DNA from: a virus
Taxonomy: Duplodnaviria; Caudoviricetes
IMG/VR virus record: IMGVR_UViG_3300029288_004137
Span: 32,001 to 96,000 of that record
Strand: one strand, 5' to 3'
DNA: 64,000 nucleotides
The notes below the pieces were generated by a model. It was given only the letters and a program-made list of their open reading frames with translations. It did not search any database and had not been told where the DNA came from. Position numbers and translations under genes: made by a program. Shown here piece after piece: positions 9,446 through 19,922 of the stretch (within the stretch, counting starts at the first letter, position 1; the number at the start of each line of letters is the position of its first letter).

Positions 9446-10915
9446 ATGAAAAATATTAAAAAAGAATCAAATTTTATTCTTGATGATCATATTGCTTCTG
9501 CTTTAAAAGATGAAGAATTCTTTAGATGTCTATCTTTAAGAATTAACAAAAGAATTGATTATACAATCCCCACTGCTGGAGTGAGAATTGATAAGAGAAC
9601 AATGAACTTTGTTCTTGCATACAATCCGCTTTTTCTAGAATTATTAACTCAAGAAGAAGTTAGAGCAGTCCTTTCTCATGAATTTCTTCATATTTCTCTT
9701 GGACATGTTACTAAAGAAATAGTACATGAAAAAACACGTAATAATTTTATTGCTTTACATCATAAAAGAAATATAGCATTTGACTTATCAATAAATACAC
9801 ATTTGAAAAATTTTCCAGAAACAATAAAAATCCCAGATGCTAATGGAAAAGAAAAAATTGGATATAGTTGCATTCCTGGAAAAAATCAATATATTGATCT
9901 CCCTAAAAATTTAACATCAGATCAATATTTTTCTCTCCTACCTGATCCAGTTTGCATTTTTTCAAAATTGTTAAAAAATGCAGACAAGAATGGTCAGAAT
10001 GATCAAAGTGGTGAGAATGGCGAAAATAATCAAAATGGTAAAGGTAGTGAAGGTAGTGAAGGTAGTGAAGGTAGTGAAGGTAGTGAAGGTAGTGAAGGTA
10101 GTGAAGGTAGTGAAGGTAGTGAAGGCAGTGAAGGCAAAGACTCTCAGGGTTCTTCTGGAGATGATAAAGCACCTGCCTGTATTGGATGTGGAACTTGTTG
10201 TAATCAGGTTGGAGATCATGATTGGGGTGATTTGACTCAAGAAGAAAAAGAAATTCTTGAGAACAGAAGACTTCAAATTATTAGAAAAGCTGTGCAAGAT
10301 TCTAATTATAGATGGGGGACAATACCCAAAGAAGTCAGTGAAGAAATAATTAAACAAATTTCTAACAAAATTAACTGGAGATCTTTATTAAGATATTTTG
10401 TTAAATGTAATAGAAAAGCAGATAAAATTTCTTCTATTAAATCAATAAATAAAAGATTTCCGTATATTCATGCTGGAAAGAAAAGAACAAGAATGGCGAA
10501 TATTGCTGTTTCATTTGATGAATCTGGATCTGTAGATGATGAAATGTTGTCATTGTTTGCAGCAGAATTATCAAAACTTGTTCAAATAGCGTCATTTACT
10601 CTTATTCCATTTGACTATACAGTAGATGAAGAGAATATTTCTGTGTGGAAAAAGAATGATAAGTTCGAATTAAAAAGAACAAGGTCAGGTGGTACAAATT
10701 TTGATGCACCAACAGTTTATGTTAATGAACATAGAGAATTTGACGCTCATATAATTTTAACAGATTTAGAAGCTCCACAACCAACATTTTCAAAAGTACC
10801 TAGATTGTGGATAACTGATTCTGATCATGCAGAATCCCCTTATTTTAAACCTGAAAAAGAAAAGTTAATCGTAATAGAAAAAGATAAATGTATACAAATC
10901 TCTTTGAAGCAGTAA
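9446..10915 (+). CDS. Metallopeptidase-like plus vWA-like protein (DUF2201 type), likely MoxR partner
   Basis: HEFLH, DESGS MIDAS motif, GGTNF, low-complexity linker. Confidence 0.85.
   Translation: MKNIKKESNFILDDHIASALKDEEFFRCLSLRINKRIDYTIPTAGVRIDKRTMNFVLAYNPLFLELLTQEEVRAVLSHEFLHISLGHVTKEIVHEKTRNNFIALHHKRNIAFDLSINTHLKNFPETIKIPDANGKEKIGYSCIPGKNQYIDLPKNLTSDQYFSLLPDPVCIFSKLLKNADKNGQNDQSGENGENNQNGKGSEGSEGSEGSEGSEGSEGSEGSEGSEGSEGKDSQGSSGDDKAPACIGCGTCCNQVGDHDWGDLTQEEKEILENRRLQIIRKAVQDSNYRWGTIPKEVSEEIIKQISNKINWRSLLRYFVKCNRKADKISSIKSINKRFPYIHAGKKRTRMANIAVSFDESGSVDDEMLSLFAAELSKLVQIASFTLIPFDYTVDEENISVWKKNDKFELKRTRSGGTNFDAPTVYVNEHREFDAHIILTDLEAPQPTFSKVPRLWITDSDHAESPYFKPEKEKLIVIEKDKCIQISLKQ
10043..10132 (+). 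repeat. 9-bp tandem repeat (GGTAGTGAA) x10 encoding (GSE)10
   Basis: Directly visible; last unit is GGCAGTGAA. Confidence 0.95.
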
Positions 10916-11142
10916 GGAATAACGACCTTCAACAAGTTAAAAGATCCATTGAAAATAATACTGATATTCATGCTGCTAATGATTATGCTTTAAGCTGGGC
11001 AGCATATTTCGAACATTTTGATATTGCTAAATATTTAATTTCTTGTTATTCTAATATAGAATTAAAAAAAATATTTTCTCAATTCAATAATTTTTATGTT
11101 AAATCCTTAATCTTGGAAAGGTTATATAATGGATCTCAATGA
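10888..11142 (+). CDS. Ankyrin-repeat protein
   Basis: Ankyrin repeat plus LILERLY tail. Confidence 0.85.
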   Translation: MYTNLFEAVRNNDLQQVKRSIENNTDIHAANDYALSWAAYFEHFDIAKYLISCYSNIELKKIFSQFNNFYVKSLILERLYNGSQ

Positions 11143-11680
11143 TAAAATTAGAAATGATAATCTCAATCTTTTTGATGCAGTTGAAAATAACAATCTCCAG
11201 AAAGTTAAAGAACTTGTTGAACTTGGTGCAGATATTCATGCTGATGATGATTGGTCTTTAAGACATGCAGCAGAACATGGTTATTTTTATATTATTAAAT
11301 ATCTTATTGATCTTGGTGCTGATATTCATACCAATAATGATTGGCCTTTAAGATATGCAGCAGAATTTGGTCGTCTTGATATTGTAAAATATTTAGTTGA
11401 ACATGGTGCTGATATTCATGCTTTTGATAATTGGACTTTAATATGGACAGCACAAAAAGGTTATTTCGATGTTGTCAAATATCTCATTGAACATGGTGCT
11501 GATATTCATATAGATAATGATTATCTTTTACGATGGATAGCAAAACATGGACATCTTGATGTTGTTAAATATTTAATTCCTTTATATAAAAAATCAGAAT
11601 TAAAAAATTTTTTTTCTCGAATTGATAGTTTTTATGTTAAATTTCTAATCTTAGAAAGGTTATATAATGACTCTTATTGA
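11129..11680 (+). CDS. Ankyrin-repeat protein
   Basis: Ankyrin repeats plus LILERLY tail. Confidence 0.9.
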   Translation: MDLNDKIRNDNLNLFDAVENNNLQKVKELVELGADIHADDDWSLRHAAEHGYFYIIKYLIDLGADIHTNNDWPLRYAAEFGRLDIVKYLVEHGADIHAFDNWTLIWTAQKGYFDVVKYLIEHGADIHIDNDYLLRWIAKHGHLDVVKYLIPLYKKSELKNFFSRIDSFYVKFLILERLYNDSY

Positions 11681-12005
11681 TGCAATTAGTATAAACGACC
11701 TTCAACAAGTTAAAGAATGCATTGAAAATGGTGCTGATATTCATGCTCATGATGAGTATGCTTTAAAATATGCAGCAATGTATGGTTATTTGAATATTGT
11801 TAAATATCTTGTTGAGCATGGTGCTGATATTTATGCTCTTGATAATTATACTTTAAAATGGGCAACATATTTTGAACATTTTGATGTTATCAAATATTTA
11901 ATTTCTTTATATAATAAAGAAGAATTGAGAAAATATTTTTCTCAATTCAATTTTTTTTATATTAAATACTTAATCTTGGAAAGGTTATATGATAAGCCTC
12001 AATGA
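11667..12005 (+). CDS. Ankyrin-repeat protein
   Basis: Ankyrin repeats plus LILERLY tail. Confidence 0.9.
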   Translation: MTLIDAISINDLQQVKECIENGADIHAHDEYALKYAAMYGYLNIVKYLVEHGADIYALDNYTLKWATYFEHFDVIKYLISLYNKEELRKYFSQFNFFYIKYLILERLYDKPQ

Positions 12006-12534
12006 AGCAGTTAGAAATAACGATCTTCAACAAGTTAAACGCATTGTTGATAGATACATTGTTGGTAATTTTTTGAATCGTAAAGATTTTTTTAATCAAA
12101 AAGATGAAGCTTTAATAATTGCATCAGATAATGGATATTTGGATATTGTTAAATATTTAGCTGAGCATAATGCTGATATCCATGCACATGATGATATTGC
12201 TTTACGGTGGGCAGTAGAAGGAAGTCATTTTGATGTTGTTAAATATCTGGTTGAACAAGGAATTAACATCCATCGAGATTGTGATGATATTATAACAAGT
12301 GCGGCAGGTCAAAAAAATCTTGAAATTCTCAAATATTTGGTTGAACATGGTGTTAATATTCACGCTTCTAATGATTATGCTATAGAGTATGCAGTAGAAA
12401 ATGATAGATTAGATAATTTTAAATATTTAATTTCTTTATTCACAAAAACAGAATTAATAAAATTACTCCTTCAATATAAAGGACTCTATATTAATTTTTT
12501 AATCTTGGAAAGGTTATATAATGGATCTTATTGA
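11989..12534 (+). CDS. Ankyrin-repeat protein
   Basis: Ankyrin repeats plus LILERLY tail. Confidence 0.9.
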   Translation: MISLNEAVRNNDLQQVKRIVDRYIVGNFLNRKDFFNQKDEALIIASDNGYLDIVKYLAEHNADIHAHDDIALRWAVEGSHFDVVKYLVEQGINIHRDCDDIITSAAGQKNLEILKYLVEHGVNIHASNDYAIEYAVENDRLDNFKYLISLFTKTELIKLLLQYKGLYINFLILERLYNGSY

Positions 12535-12802
12535 TGCAGTAAGAAATAATAATTTTCAACAAATTAAATATCTTGTTGAGCATGGTGCTGATATTCGTAT
12601 TTGGAATGATTATCCTTTACGAATTGCATTAGATTATGATCATTTTGATATTGTTAAATATTTAATTTCTTATTATTCTGATACGGAATTAAAAACATTA
12701 TTTTCTTATTATTCTGAGATGGAATTAAAAAAATTAATTTCTCAAAGAAATAGTTTTTATGTTAAATTTTTAATCTTGGAAAGATTTTATGAAAAAAAAT
12801 GA
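12521..12802 (+). CDS. Ankyrin-repeat protein with duplicated tail segment
   Basis: SYYSDTELK..F followed by SYYSEMELK. Confidence 0.85.
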   Translation: MDLIDAVRNNNFQQIKYLVEHGADIRIWNDYPLRIALDYDHFDIVKYLISYYSDTELKTLFSYYSEMELKKLISQRNSFYVKFLILERFYEKK

Positions 12803-13335
12803 TTTAATAATGATTAGCTTTAAACAATCTATTGGTCTTGGTCTTGCTGGTGTTTTTGCTTCAAATATAAAAAATACATCATCGCTTTTGATATCAAAAC
12901 CTAGGTATGTTATTTTTCTTCATATTGACAAAGGTACAATAAACAGAATAAAATATTTATATTTCTTTGATATTTTAACAAAAGAAAATTTTAAAATACC
13001 ACTTTATAAATCATTATTAATAAGGAAAAAATAAATGTATACAAGTCTTATGACCTATGGTTCTACAAAAAAAGAAGTACTCGATCTTCTTTTAAAACAA
13101 ATACCAAATTTATACGCAGAAATATCTATTAATCTTTTATGCCTTCAAGATCCACGAGCAACCCATTTGTCAGATTATGAAACAAGTTTGCGAAACAATT
13201 CACAAGTCACTTGGAAAGCTTCTTTAGATTATATTTATGAATTCTCAAAAGAAGAAAATAATGATAAATCATAATCTAAACAATCTTCAATAAATAAATT
13301 TTATATCAAATGCTTAATCTTAGAAAGGTTATATA

Positions 13336-13660
13336 ATGAATCTCATTGAAGCAGTTGAAAATAATAATTTTCAGCAAGTTAAAGAATACATTAAATATGG
13401 CGCTGATATTCATATTGATAACAATTATGCTTTACGATATGCAGCACTAAATGGTTATATTAATATTGTTAAATATCTTATTAAATATGGTGCTGATATT
13501 CATGCTATTAATGATAATACCATAAATTGGATAACAGAATTTGGTCATTTTGATATTGTCAAATATTTTATTACTTTATATTCTGATACAGAATAAAAAG
13601 AATTAATTTTTAAACTTAATTCTTTTTATGTTAAATGCTTGATCTTAGAAAGGTTATATA
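13336..13660 (+). pseudogene. Ankyrin gene with premature stop in the tail
   Basis: GAA TAA at 13591-13596 where paralogs have GAA TTA; frame continues [21 protein letters not shown]. Confidence 0.75.
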
Positions 13661-14089
13661 ATGAATCTCATTGATGCAGTTGATAATAATGATATTCAAC
13701 AAGTTCAACATTTTGTTGAACAAGGTGATGATATTCATATTTATAATGATCTTGCTTTACGATTAGCAGCATTAAATGGTCATTTTGAAATTGTTAAATA
13801 TTGTATTGAAAATGGTGCTGATATTCATGCCGCTTATGATAATGCTTTACGAGGATCAGCAAAAAATGGACATTTTGATGTTGTTAAATATTGTATTGAA
13901 AATGGTGCTGATATTCTTGCTATTGATCATTATATAATGAGCATAGCTGTTAATAAAAATTATTTTGATGTTGTTAAATATTTAATTCCTTTATATCCAA
14001 TATCAGAATTAAAAGAATTGTTTTCTGAAATTGATAATTTCTATATCAAATTCTTAATCTTAGAAAGGATATTTAATGAATCTCAATGA
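13661..14089 (+). CDS. Ankyrin-repeat protein
   Basis: Ankyrin repeats plus tail. Confidence 0.9.
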   Translation: MNLIDAVDNNDIQQVQHFVEQGDDIHIYNDLALRLAALNGHFEIVKYCIENGADIHAAYDNALRGSAKNGHFDVVKYCIENGADILAIDHYIMSIAVNKNYFDVVKYLIPLYPISELKELFSEIDNFYIKFLILERIFNESQ

Positions 14090-14864
14090 AGCAATTATAA
14101 ATAACAATTTCCAGCAAGTTAAAGAATGTATTGAACATGGTGCTGATATCCATGCTCAAGATGAATATGCTTTAAAATATACAGCAATGTATGGTCATCT
14201 TGATATTGTTAAATATCTTGTTGAACTTGGTGCTGATATCCATGTTCAAGATAATCTTCCTTTAAGATACGCAGCAGAAAATGGACATCTTGATATTGTT
14301 AAATATCTGGTTGATCTTGGTGCTGATATTCATGCTCTTGACAATAGTGCTTTAAGATATGCAGCACCAAAAGGCCATTTTGAAATTGTTAAATATTTGG
14401 TTGACCTTGGTGCTGATATTCATGCTCAAGATGAATATGCTTTAAAATATACAGCAATGTATGGTTATTTGAATATTGTTAAATATCTGGTTGAACTTGG
14501 TGCTGATATTCATATTCAAAATGATATTACTTTAAGATATGCAGCGGAATTTGGATGGCTTAATATTGTTAAATATCTGGTTGAACTTGGTGCTAATATT
14601 TATGCTGCTGATGATTGTGCTTTACGATGGGCAGCAAAAAATGGACATCTTGATGTTGTTAAATATCTGGTTGATCTTGGCGCTAATATTCATGCTCAAA
14701 ACGATTATCCTTTACAATGGGCAGCAGGATTTGATCATTTTAATGTTGTTAAATATTTAATTCCTTTATATAAAAAATCAGAATTAAAAAAATTGTTTCC
14801 TTATATTGATAACTTCTATGCTAAATTCTTAATCTTGGAAAGATTATATAATGCAACTCAATGA
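14076..14864 (+). CDS. Ankyrin-repeat protein (about 7 repeats)
   Basis: 90-nt periodic repeats plus tail. Confidence 0.92.
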   Translation: MNLNEAIINNNFQQVKECIEHGADIHAQDEYALKYTAMYGHLDIVKYLVELGADIHVQDNLPLRYAAENGHLDIVKYLVDLGADIHALDNSALRYAAPKGHFEIVKYLVDLGADIHAQDEYALKYTAMYGYLNIVKYLVELGADIHIQNDITLRYAAEFGWLNIVKYLVELGANIYAADDCALRWAAKNGHLDVVKYLVDLGANIHAQNDYPLQWAAGFDHFNVVKYLIPLYKKSELKKLFPYIDNFYAKFLILERLYNATQ

Positions 14865-15378
14865 AGTGGTTGATAATAATGATTTTCAACAAATTAAAGA
14901 ATGTATTGAAAATGGTGCTGATATTCATTTTTGGAATGATTATGCTTTAAGAAGAACAGTAGAATATGGTCGTCTTGATGTTGTTAAATATTGTATTGAA
15001 CATAATGCTGACATTCATGTTTTAAGTGATCTTCCTTTACGATTAGCAGCATTAAATGGACATCTTGATATTGTTAAATATCTGGTTGAACATGGTGCTG
15101 ATATTCATATTTGGACTGATTGCCCTTTACGATTAGCAGCAGAATGTGGTTGTCTTGATGTTGTTAAATATTTTATTGAACTTGGTGCTGATATTCATGT
15201 TATTAATGATTACGCTTTAAGATATACAGTATATAATGAACATTTTGATGTTACTAAATACTTAATTTCTTTCTATTCTGATATAGAATTAAAAAAAATA
15301 TTTTCGCAGATCGATAATTTTTATATTAAATACTTAATTTTGGAAAGGTTATTTAATGAATCTCATAGATGCAGTTAA
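14851..15378 (+). CDS. Ankyrin-repeat protein
   Basis: Ankyrin repeats plus tail. Confidence 0.9.
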   Translation: MQLNEVVDNNDFQQIKECIENGADIHFWNDYALRRTVEYGRLDVVKYCIEHNADIHVLSDLPLRLAALNGHLDIVKYLVEHGADIHIWTDCPLRLAAECGCLDVVKYFIELGADIHVINDYALRYTVYNEHFDVTKYLISFYSDIELKKIFSQIDNFYIKYLILERLFNESHRCS

Positions 15379-15850
15379 TAATAATGATCTTCAACAAGTT
15401 AAATGTCTTGTTGAAAATGGTGCTGATATTCATGCTCAAGGTGATTGTGCTTTATGTCTTGCAGCAGAATATAGTCATCTTGATATTGTTAAATATCTTA
15501 TTGAACATGGTGCTGATATTCATGCAAATGCAGAACATGGACATCTTGATATGGTTAAATATCTTATTGAACATGGTGCTGATATTTATACTCTTAATGA
15601 TTGGCCTTTAAGATGGGCAGTAGAATATGGACATTTTGATGTTGTTAAATATTTGATTGAACATGGCGCTAATATTCGTATTTGGAATGATTATCCTTTA
15701 CGAATGGCATTAGATTATGATCATTTTGATATGGTAAAATATTTACTTTCTTATTATCCTGATACGGAATTAAAAAAATTGTTTTCTAAAACTGATAGTT
15801 TCTATGTTAAATTTCTAATCTTAGAAAGATTATACAATGAGTCTCATTGA
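15356..15850 (+). CDS. Ankyrin-repeat protein
   Basis: Ankyrin repeats (one with an in-frame deletion) plus tail. Confidence 0.9.
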   Translation: MNLIDAVNNNDLQQVKCLVENGADIHAQGDCALCLAAEYSHLDIVKYLIEHGADIHANAEHGHLDMVKYLIEHGADIYTLNDWPLRWAVEYGHFDVVKYLIEHGANIRIWNDYPLRMALDYDHFDMVKYLLSYYPDTELKKLFSKTDSFYVKFLILERLYNESH

Positions 15851-16184
15851 TGCAGTTTATAATAATGATCTTCAACAAGTTAAATGTCTTGTTGAAAATG
15901 GTGTTAATATTCATGTTGACAATGATATATCTTTAAGACATTCAGCACGACATGGTTATATTGATATTGTAAAATATCTTGTTGAGCATGGTGCTAATAT
16001 TCATACCGATAATGATGAGCCTTTATATTTTGCAGTATATTACAATCATTTTGATATTATCAAATATTTAATTTCTTTATATTCAATATCAGAATTAAAA
16101 GAATTAATTTTTAAATTTGATTCTTTTTATGTTAAATTCTTAATCTTAGAAAGGTTATATAATGAATCTTATAGATGCAGTTAA
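15837..16184 (+). CDS. Ankyrin-repeat protein
   Basis: Ankyrin repeats plus tail. Confidence 0.9.
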   Translation: MSLIDAVYNNDLQQVKCLVENGVNIHVDNDISLRHSARHGYIDIVKYLVEHGANIHTDNDEPLYFAVYYNHFDIIKYLISLYSISELKELIFKFDSFYVKFLILERLYNESYRCS

Positions 16185-16689
16185 TAACAATGATCTTCAA
16201 CAAATTAAATGTCTGGCTGAAAATGGTGCTGATATTCATTGTGAAAATGATTATGCTTTAAGAAGTGCAGCATATCTTGGACATCTTGATATTGTTAAAT
16301 ATCTGATTGAACATGGCGCTAATATTCACGTTCAAGATGAACTTCCTTTAAGATTTGCAGCATGTAATAATTATTTTGATATGGTTAAATATCTGGTTGA
16401 GCATAACGCTAATATTCACGTTCTTGATGATTATCCTTTACATTGGACAACAAAAAATGGATATTTTGATATTACTAAATATCTGATTGAACATGGTGCT
16501 AATATTTATGCTGAAAATGATAAAGCTTTAAAATGGGCAGCAGAATTTGGACATTTTGATATTGCTAAATATTTAATCTCTTGTTATAAAGAATCAGAAT
16601 TAAAAAAATTGTTTTCTAAAACTGATAGTTTCTATGTTAAATTCTTAATTTTAGAAAGGTTATATAATGAATCTCATAGATGCAGTTGA
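16162..16689 (+). CDS. Ankyrin-repeat protein
   Basis: Ankyrin repeats plus tail. Confidence 0.9.
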   Translation: MNLIDAVNNNDLQQIKCLAENGADIHCENDYALRSAAYLGHLDIVKYLIEHGANIHVQDELPLRFAACNNYFDMVKYLVEHNANIHVLDDYPLHWTTKNGYFDITKYLIEHGANIYAENDKALKWAAEFGHFDIAKYLISCYKESELKKLFSKTDSFYVKFLILERLYNESHRCS

Positions 16690-17014
16690 TAATAATGATC
16701 TTCAACAAGTTAAATGTTTGGTTGAAAATGATGCTGATATTCATGTTTATTATGAAGAACCTTTACGATTGGCAGTATATAATAATTATTTTGATATTGT
16801 TAAATATCTGGTTGAGCACGGCGCTAATATTCGTGCCAGTTGTGATTGGCCATTAAAATGGGCGTTTCAGTATGGTTATTTTAATATTGTTAAATATTTG
16901 ATTTCTTGTTATAAAAAATTTGAATTAAAAGAATTGTTTTCTGAAATCAATAGTTTTTATATTAAATACTTAATATTAGAAAGGTTATATAATGAATCTT
17001 TATGTTGCAATTAA
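16667..17014 (+). CDS. Ankyrin-repeat protein
   Basis: Ankyrin repeats plus tail. Confidence 0.9.
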   Translation: MNLIDAVDNNDLQQVKCLVENDADIHVYYEEPLRLAVYNNYFDIVKYLVEHGANIRASCDWPLKWAFQYGYFNIVKYLISCYKKFELKELFSEINSFYIKYLILERLYNESLCCN

Positions 17015-17333
17015 AAAAAACGATCTTCAAAATGTTAAAAAATATCTTAAAGAAGAAAATGAAAATAATTATAATTTAATTCTACGATATGCAATATTAT
17101 ATGGTAATCTTGGTATTATTAAATATCTGATTGAAAATGGTGCCAATATTCATACTAGTATTGATTATCCTTTAAGACATGCAGCAAAACGTGGTTATTT
17201 TGATGTTGTTAAATATTTGATTTCTTGTTATTCCGATATAGAATTAAAAACATTATTATTTGAAGTTGATAACTTCTATGTTAAATTCTTAATTTTAGAA
17301 TTTTTTCAGAAAAAATTTTCAAAAAATATTTGA
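16992..17333 (+). CDS. Ankyrin-repeat protein
   Basis: Ankyrin repeats plus tail. Confidence 0.88.
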   Translation: MNLYVAIKKNDLQNVKKYLKEENENNYNLILRYAILYGNLGIIKYLIENGANIHTSIDYPLRHAAKRGYFDVVKYLISCYSDIELKTLLFEVDNFYVKFLILEFFQKKFSKNI

Positions 17334-17387
17334 TTTTGTCTTAAATTTCAGAAAAAATTGTCGGAAGAATAAAAGTGTGTATAGTTC

Positions 17388-17627
17388 TGCAAAATACGTG
17401 CCAACCGTCTAGGTGTACCTAGTACCGGGGGGGTGTCTCATTATACCACATTGCTTTTCACTTGTCAAGAAAAATCGACATGGCATAGTTATTGCATATT
17501 GCTTTTTATTGTCATTGTTCCTTCACTGTTTATGCTCTAAGCATACCATACCTCGAAATGATTGTCAAGAAAAATCGACATGGCATGGTGATTGCATACT
17601 GAAGATGTATATGCAATCACCGTGCCA
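17388..17627. promoter_or_regulatory. Four sigma54 (-24/-12) consensus sites
   Basis: TGGCACGTATTTTGCA (-, 17388-17403), TGGCATAGTTATTGCA (+, 17481-17496), TGGCATGGTGATTGCA (+, 17581-17596), TGGCACGGTGATTGCA (-, 17612-17627). Confidence 0.65.
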
Positions 17628-17632
17628 ATCAT

Positions 17633-17962
17633 TTACGCATTCAATCGCTTATTGATAAGCGTATTGATATCATTTACAAAGGTATCTAATTCCTCTTTGA
17701 TATTATCAAAGAGCTCTTCAATCCTTTCCAGTTCTTCGTTTGCTTCTCTGATTTCACAGGAAGCAAAGTCAATCAATTCCAATGTCGCAGGATCATCATT
17801 CAATATCTTTTCTCGAAGCTCTTCGCATACTTCCTCTTTATCTTCTTCAAGCTTCTCGACATAAGCACATTGTTCGTCAACCTTTTTGGCAAGGCAATCT
17901 CTTTCGTTGGTAAGCTGATTGATTCTTTCCATTGCGGATTCAAGTGTAAAGGTCTTTTTCAT
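17633..17962 (-). CDS. Acidic coiled-coil hypothetical protein
   Basis: Behind a repeated promoter and SD GAGGGA. Confidence 0.7.
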   Translation of the reverse strand: MKKTFTLESAMERINQLTNERDCLAKKVDEQCAYVEKLEEDKEEVCEELREKILNDDPATLELIDFASCEIREANEELERIEELFDNIKEELDTFVNDINTLINKRLNA

Positions 17963-18061
17963 TGCTTTGTTCCCTCACTGTTTATGCTCTAAGCATACCA
18001 TACCTCGAAACGATTGTCAAGAAAAAAACAACTGGAAATCTAATTCTATTACCTTTCTTCC

Positions 18062-18340
18062 GGTGATAGAGAAAAAGCATCATGCTTCTTAATTCTATTT
18101 ATATGTTAACTCCTTGATATTATTCAATTCACATTTTATTGTATCACTTTTCTCTAGTGAAGAGAAAAGAATCATGCTTTTTAAAATCTATTTGTATGTT
18201 AACTCCTTGATACTATTCAATTCACATTTTTTGGTATACTTTCTTTCCAGTGAAGAGAAAGAGGTATGAATTGAATATCATGTAAGTATTGTTAACACTA
18301 TGATAACATTCAATTCATACTTTTTGGTATACTTTTTCTT
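18062..18340. repeat. About 93-bp tandem repeat (2 copies plus a degenerate third) containing IHF-consensus sites
   Basis: TATCAAGGAGTTA on - strand at 18107-18119 and 18200-18212 matches WATCAANNNNTTR. Confidence 0.7.
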
Positions 18341-19085
18341 ATATAAAGCGCAATCATCTTAAGCATTAAGTTTTTAACTGTTTCTTTTCAAACCGGCTTA
18401 TCTCGTATATGATTCATTGTATCACCGTTAAATTAATTGTTTTTAATACAAAGATGATATATTCAATATAACAAAAATTGTTCAGGACCATCTCTAATTG
18501 AATTCATTGTTTTATCGCCTTCAATTGCATTTACGGAAGTTTAAAAGGCACCTGATATAATTCTGTTATAAAGCGCCTATCAAATACAATCATCATTCTT
18601 ACGTACAAGTTTAACAAGTCATGACAATTGTTAATTGTTGTATAGAACAATACTTCATTCTATTTTATCGTCAAGAAAACAGCATTGTATTTGATAGACT
18701 TATTCAATGTATTTTATAACCAATCACCTTCCTTTCAAAGAGAAAACATAAAATCATATCTTGTTTCCATTGCTTATAATAGACCATTCCACTCAAGGCC
18801 CAATGAAATCTATTGCGTCAGCTCTTGGTCAGGCTAGTTTATTTTAACGCGCTACAAGACTTTGACTTTGCTTATGTTTCTTTGTTAAAAAAAACAGTTG
18901 ACAAACAGAATCAAATGTGGTAAAATCGGATTAAATCCGATTTTTTTCTGTTATAAACCCGAAGTTATGCCATAAAATGATTCTATTTTTGTAACCATGT
19001 TAAATCATGGTACAATTTGATTGAAACATTTGGAACATTTCAATTTTATTCATAATTTAAAAGAGCGAGGGATTTACTTAATTGC

Positions 19086-19340
19086 TTAACGAGCAATAGT
19101 CGTGAGTTTAGCATTTTCGGTGCTACGGTTTTCTTCGAGTACAGAGAGATAATCGTTCAAGAAGGCGATTTCTTTTTCGATTCTTGATTTCAGAAGGGAA
19201 AGGGTATCTTTTTTGGATACATCGTTAGAGATAGAGATATGGAAAAGTATGTTTGCCAGATCTTTTTCTTTTTTTTCAATCTGGGAGATAGTCATGTTCA
19301 ATTCTTTGAAGAAGAGATTGACTTTCGTATTCTTTTTCAT
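19086..19340 (-). CDS. Hypothetical protein
   Basis: Own promoter and SD. Confidence 0.65.
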   Translation of the reverse strand: MKKNTKVNLFFKELNMTISQIEKKEKDLANILFHISISNDVSKKDTLSLLKSRIEKEIAFLNDYLSVLEENRSTENAKLTTIAR

Positions 19341-19414
19341 GGTATGTTCCCTTTTCAGGTGTTGTTCCCTAACTCTCTATTATATACTCATCATAGCACA
19401 GGTTGAATCAAGAG

Positions 19415-19630
19415 TCAAGCTTTTTCTGAAGGAGAGCAAGAAGCAATATGTTTGACCAGAAATTTGACGGTTTCAAGATTGCTTTCATCATCAGAGACAC
19501 AAGCGCCATGTTTGAGTAGCAATTTGACGGTTTCAAGATTGCTTTCATCATCAGAGACATGAACATCAGCGCCATGTTTGAGTAGCAATTTGACAGATTC
19601 AAGATTGCTCGTATTCTTATTCTTTCTCAT
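19415..19630 (-). CDS. Degenerate ankyrin-like miniprotein with internal tandem repeats
   Basis: SNLE(S/T)VKLLLKHGA repeated about three times. Confidence 0.55.
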   Translation of the reverse strand: MRKNKNTSNLESVKLLLKHGADVHVSDDESNLETVKLLLKHGACVSDDESNLETVKFLVKHIASCSPSEKA

Positions 19631-19922
19631 GGTGTGTTTTCCTTTTTAAGTGTTGTTTTATTCTTTAACTCTTTATATATTTTCATCATAATAGCACGGA
19701 TTGGATCAAGAGTCAAGGCTTTTCTTATATCTATTGATGGAAAAGAAGAGACCTACTGTTATGAAGAAGAATACTATTGACGTGGGAAAGAATTCCTTTT
19801 TTTTCCTAACCTTTCATATATTCATCATAGCACGGATTGGATCAAGAGTCAAGGCTTTTTTTCCATCAAAAAGAAGAGACATGTCATTATTATAAAGAAT
19901 AGTACTATTAACATGGAGAGTA

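Noticed and set aside
9903-10357. ORFs with HYL, TTF or VVK repeats
   Set aside because: Alternative-frame shadows of the GSE repeat
13594-13596. Stop-codon reassignment or readthrough
   Set aside because: A single TTA-to-TAA change; other genes read intact in the standard code and no suppressor tRNA was seen
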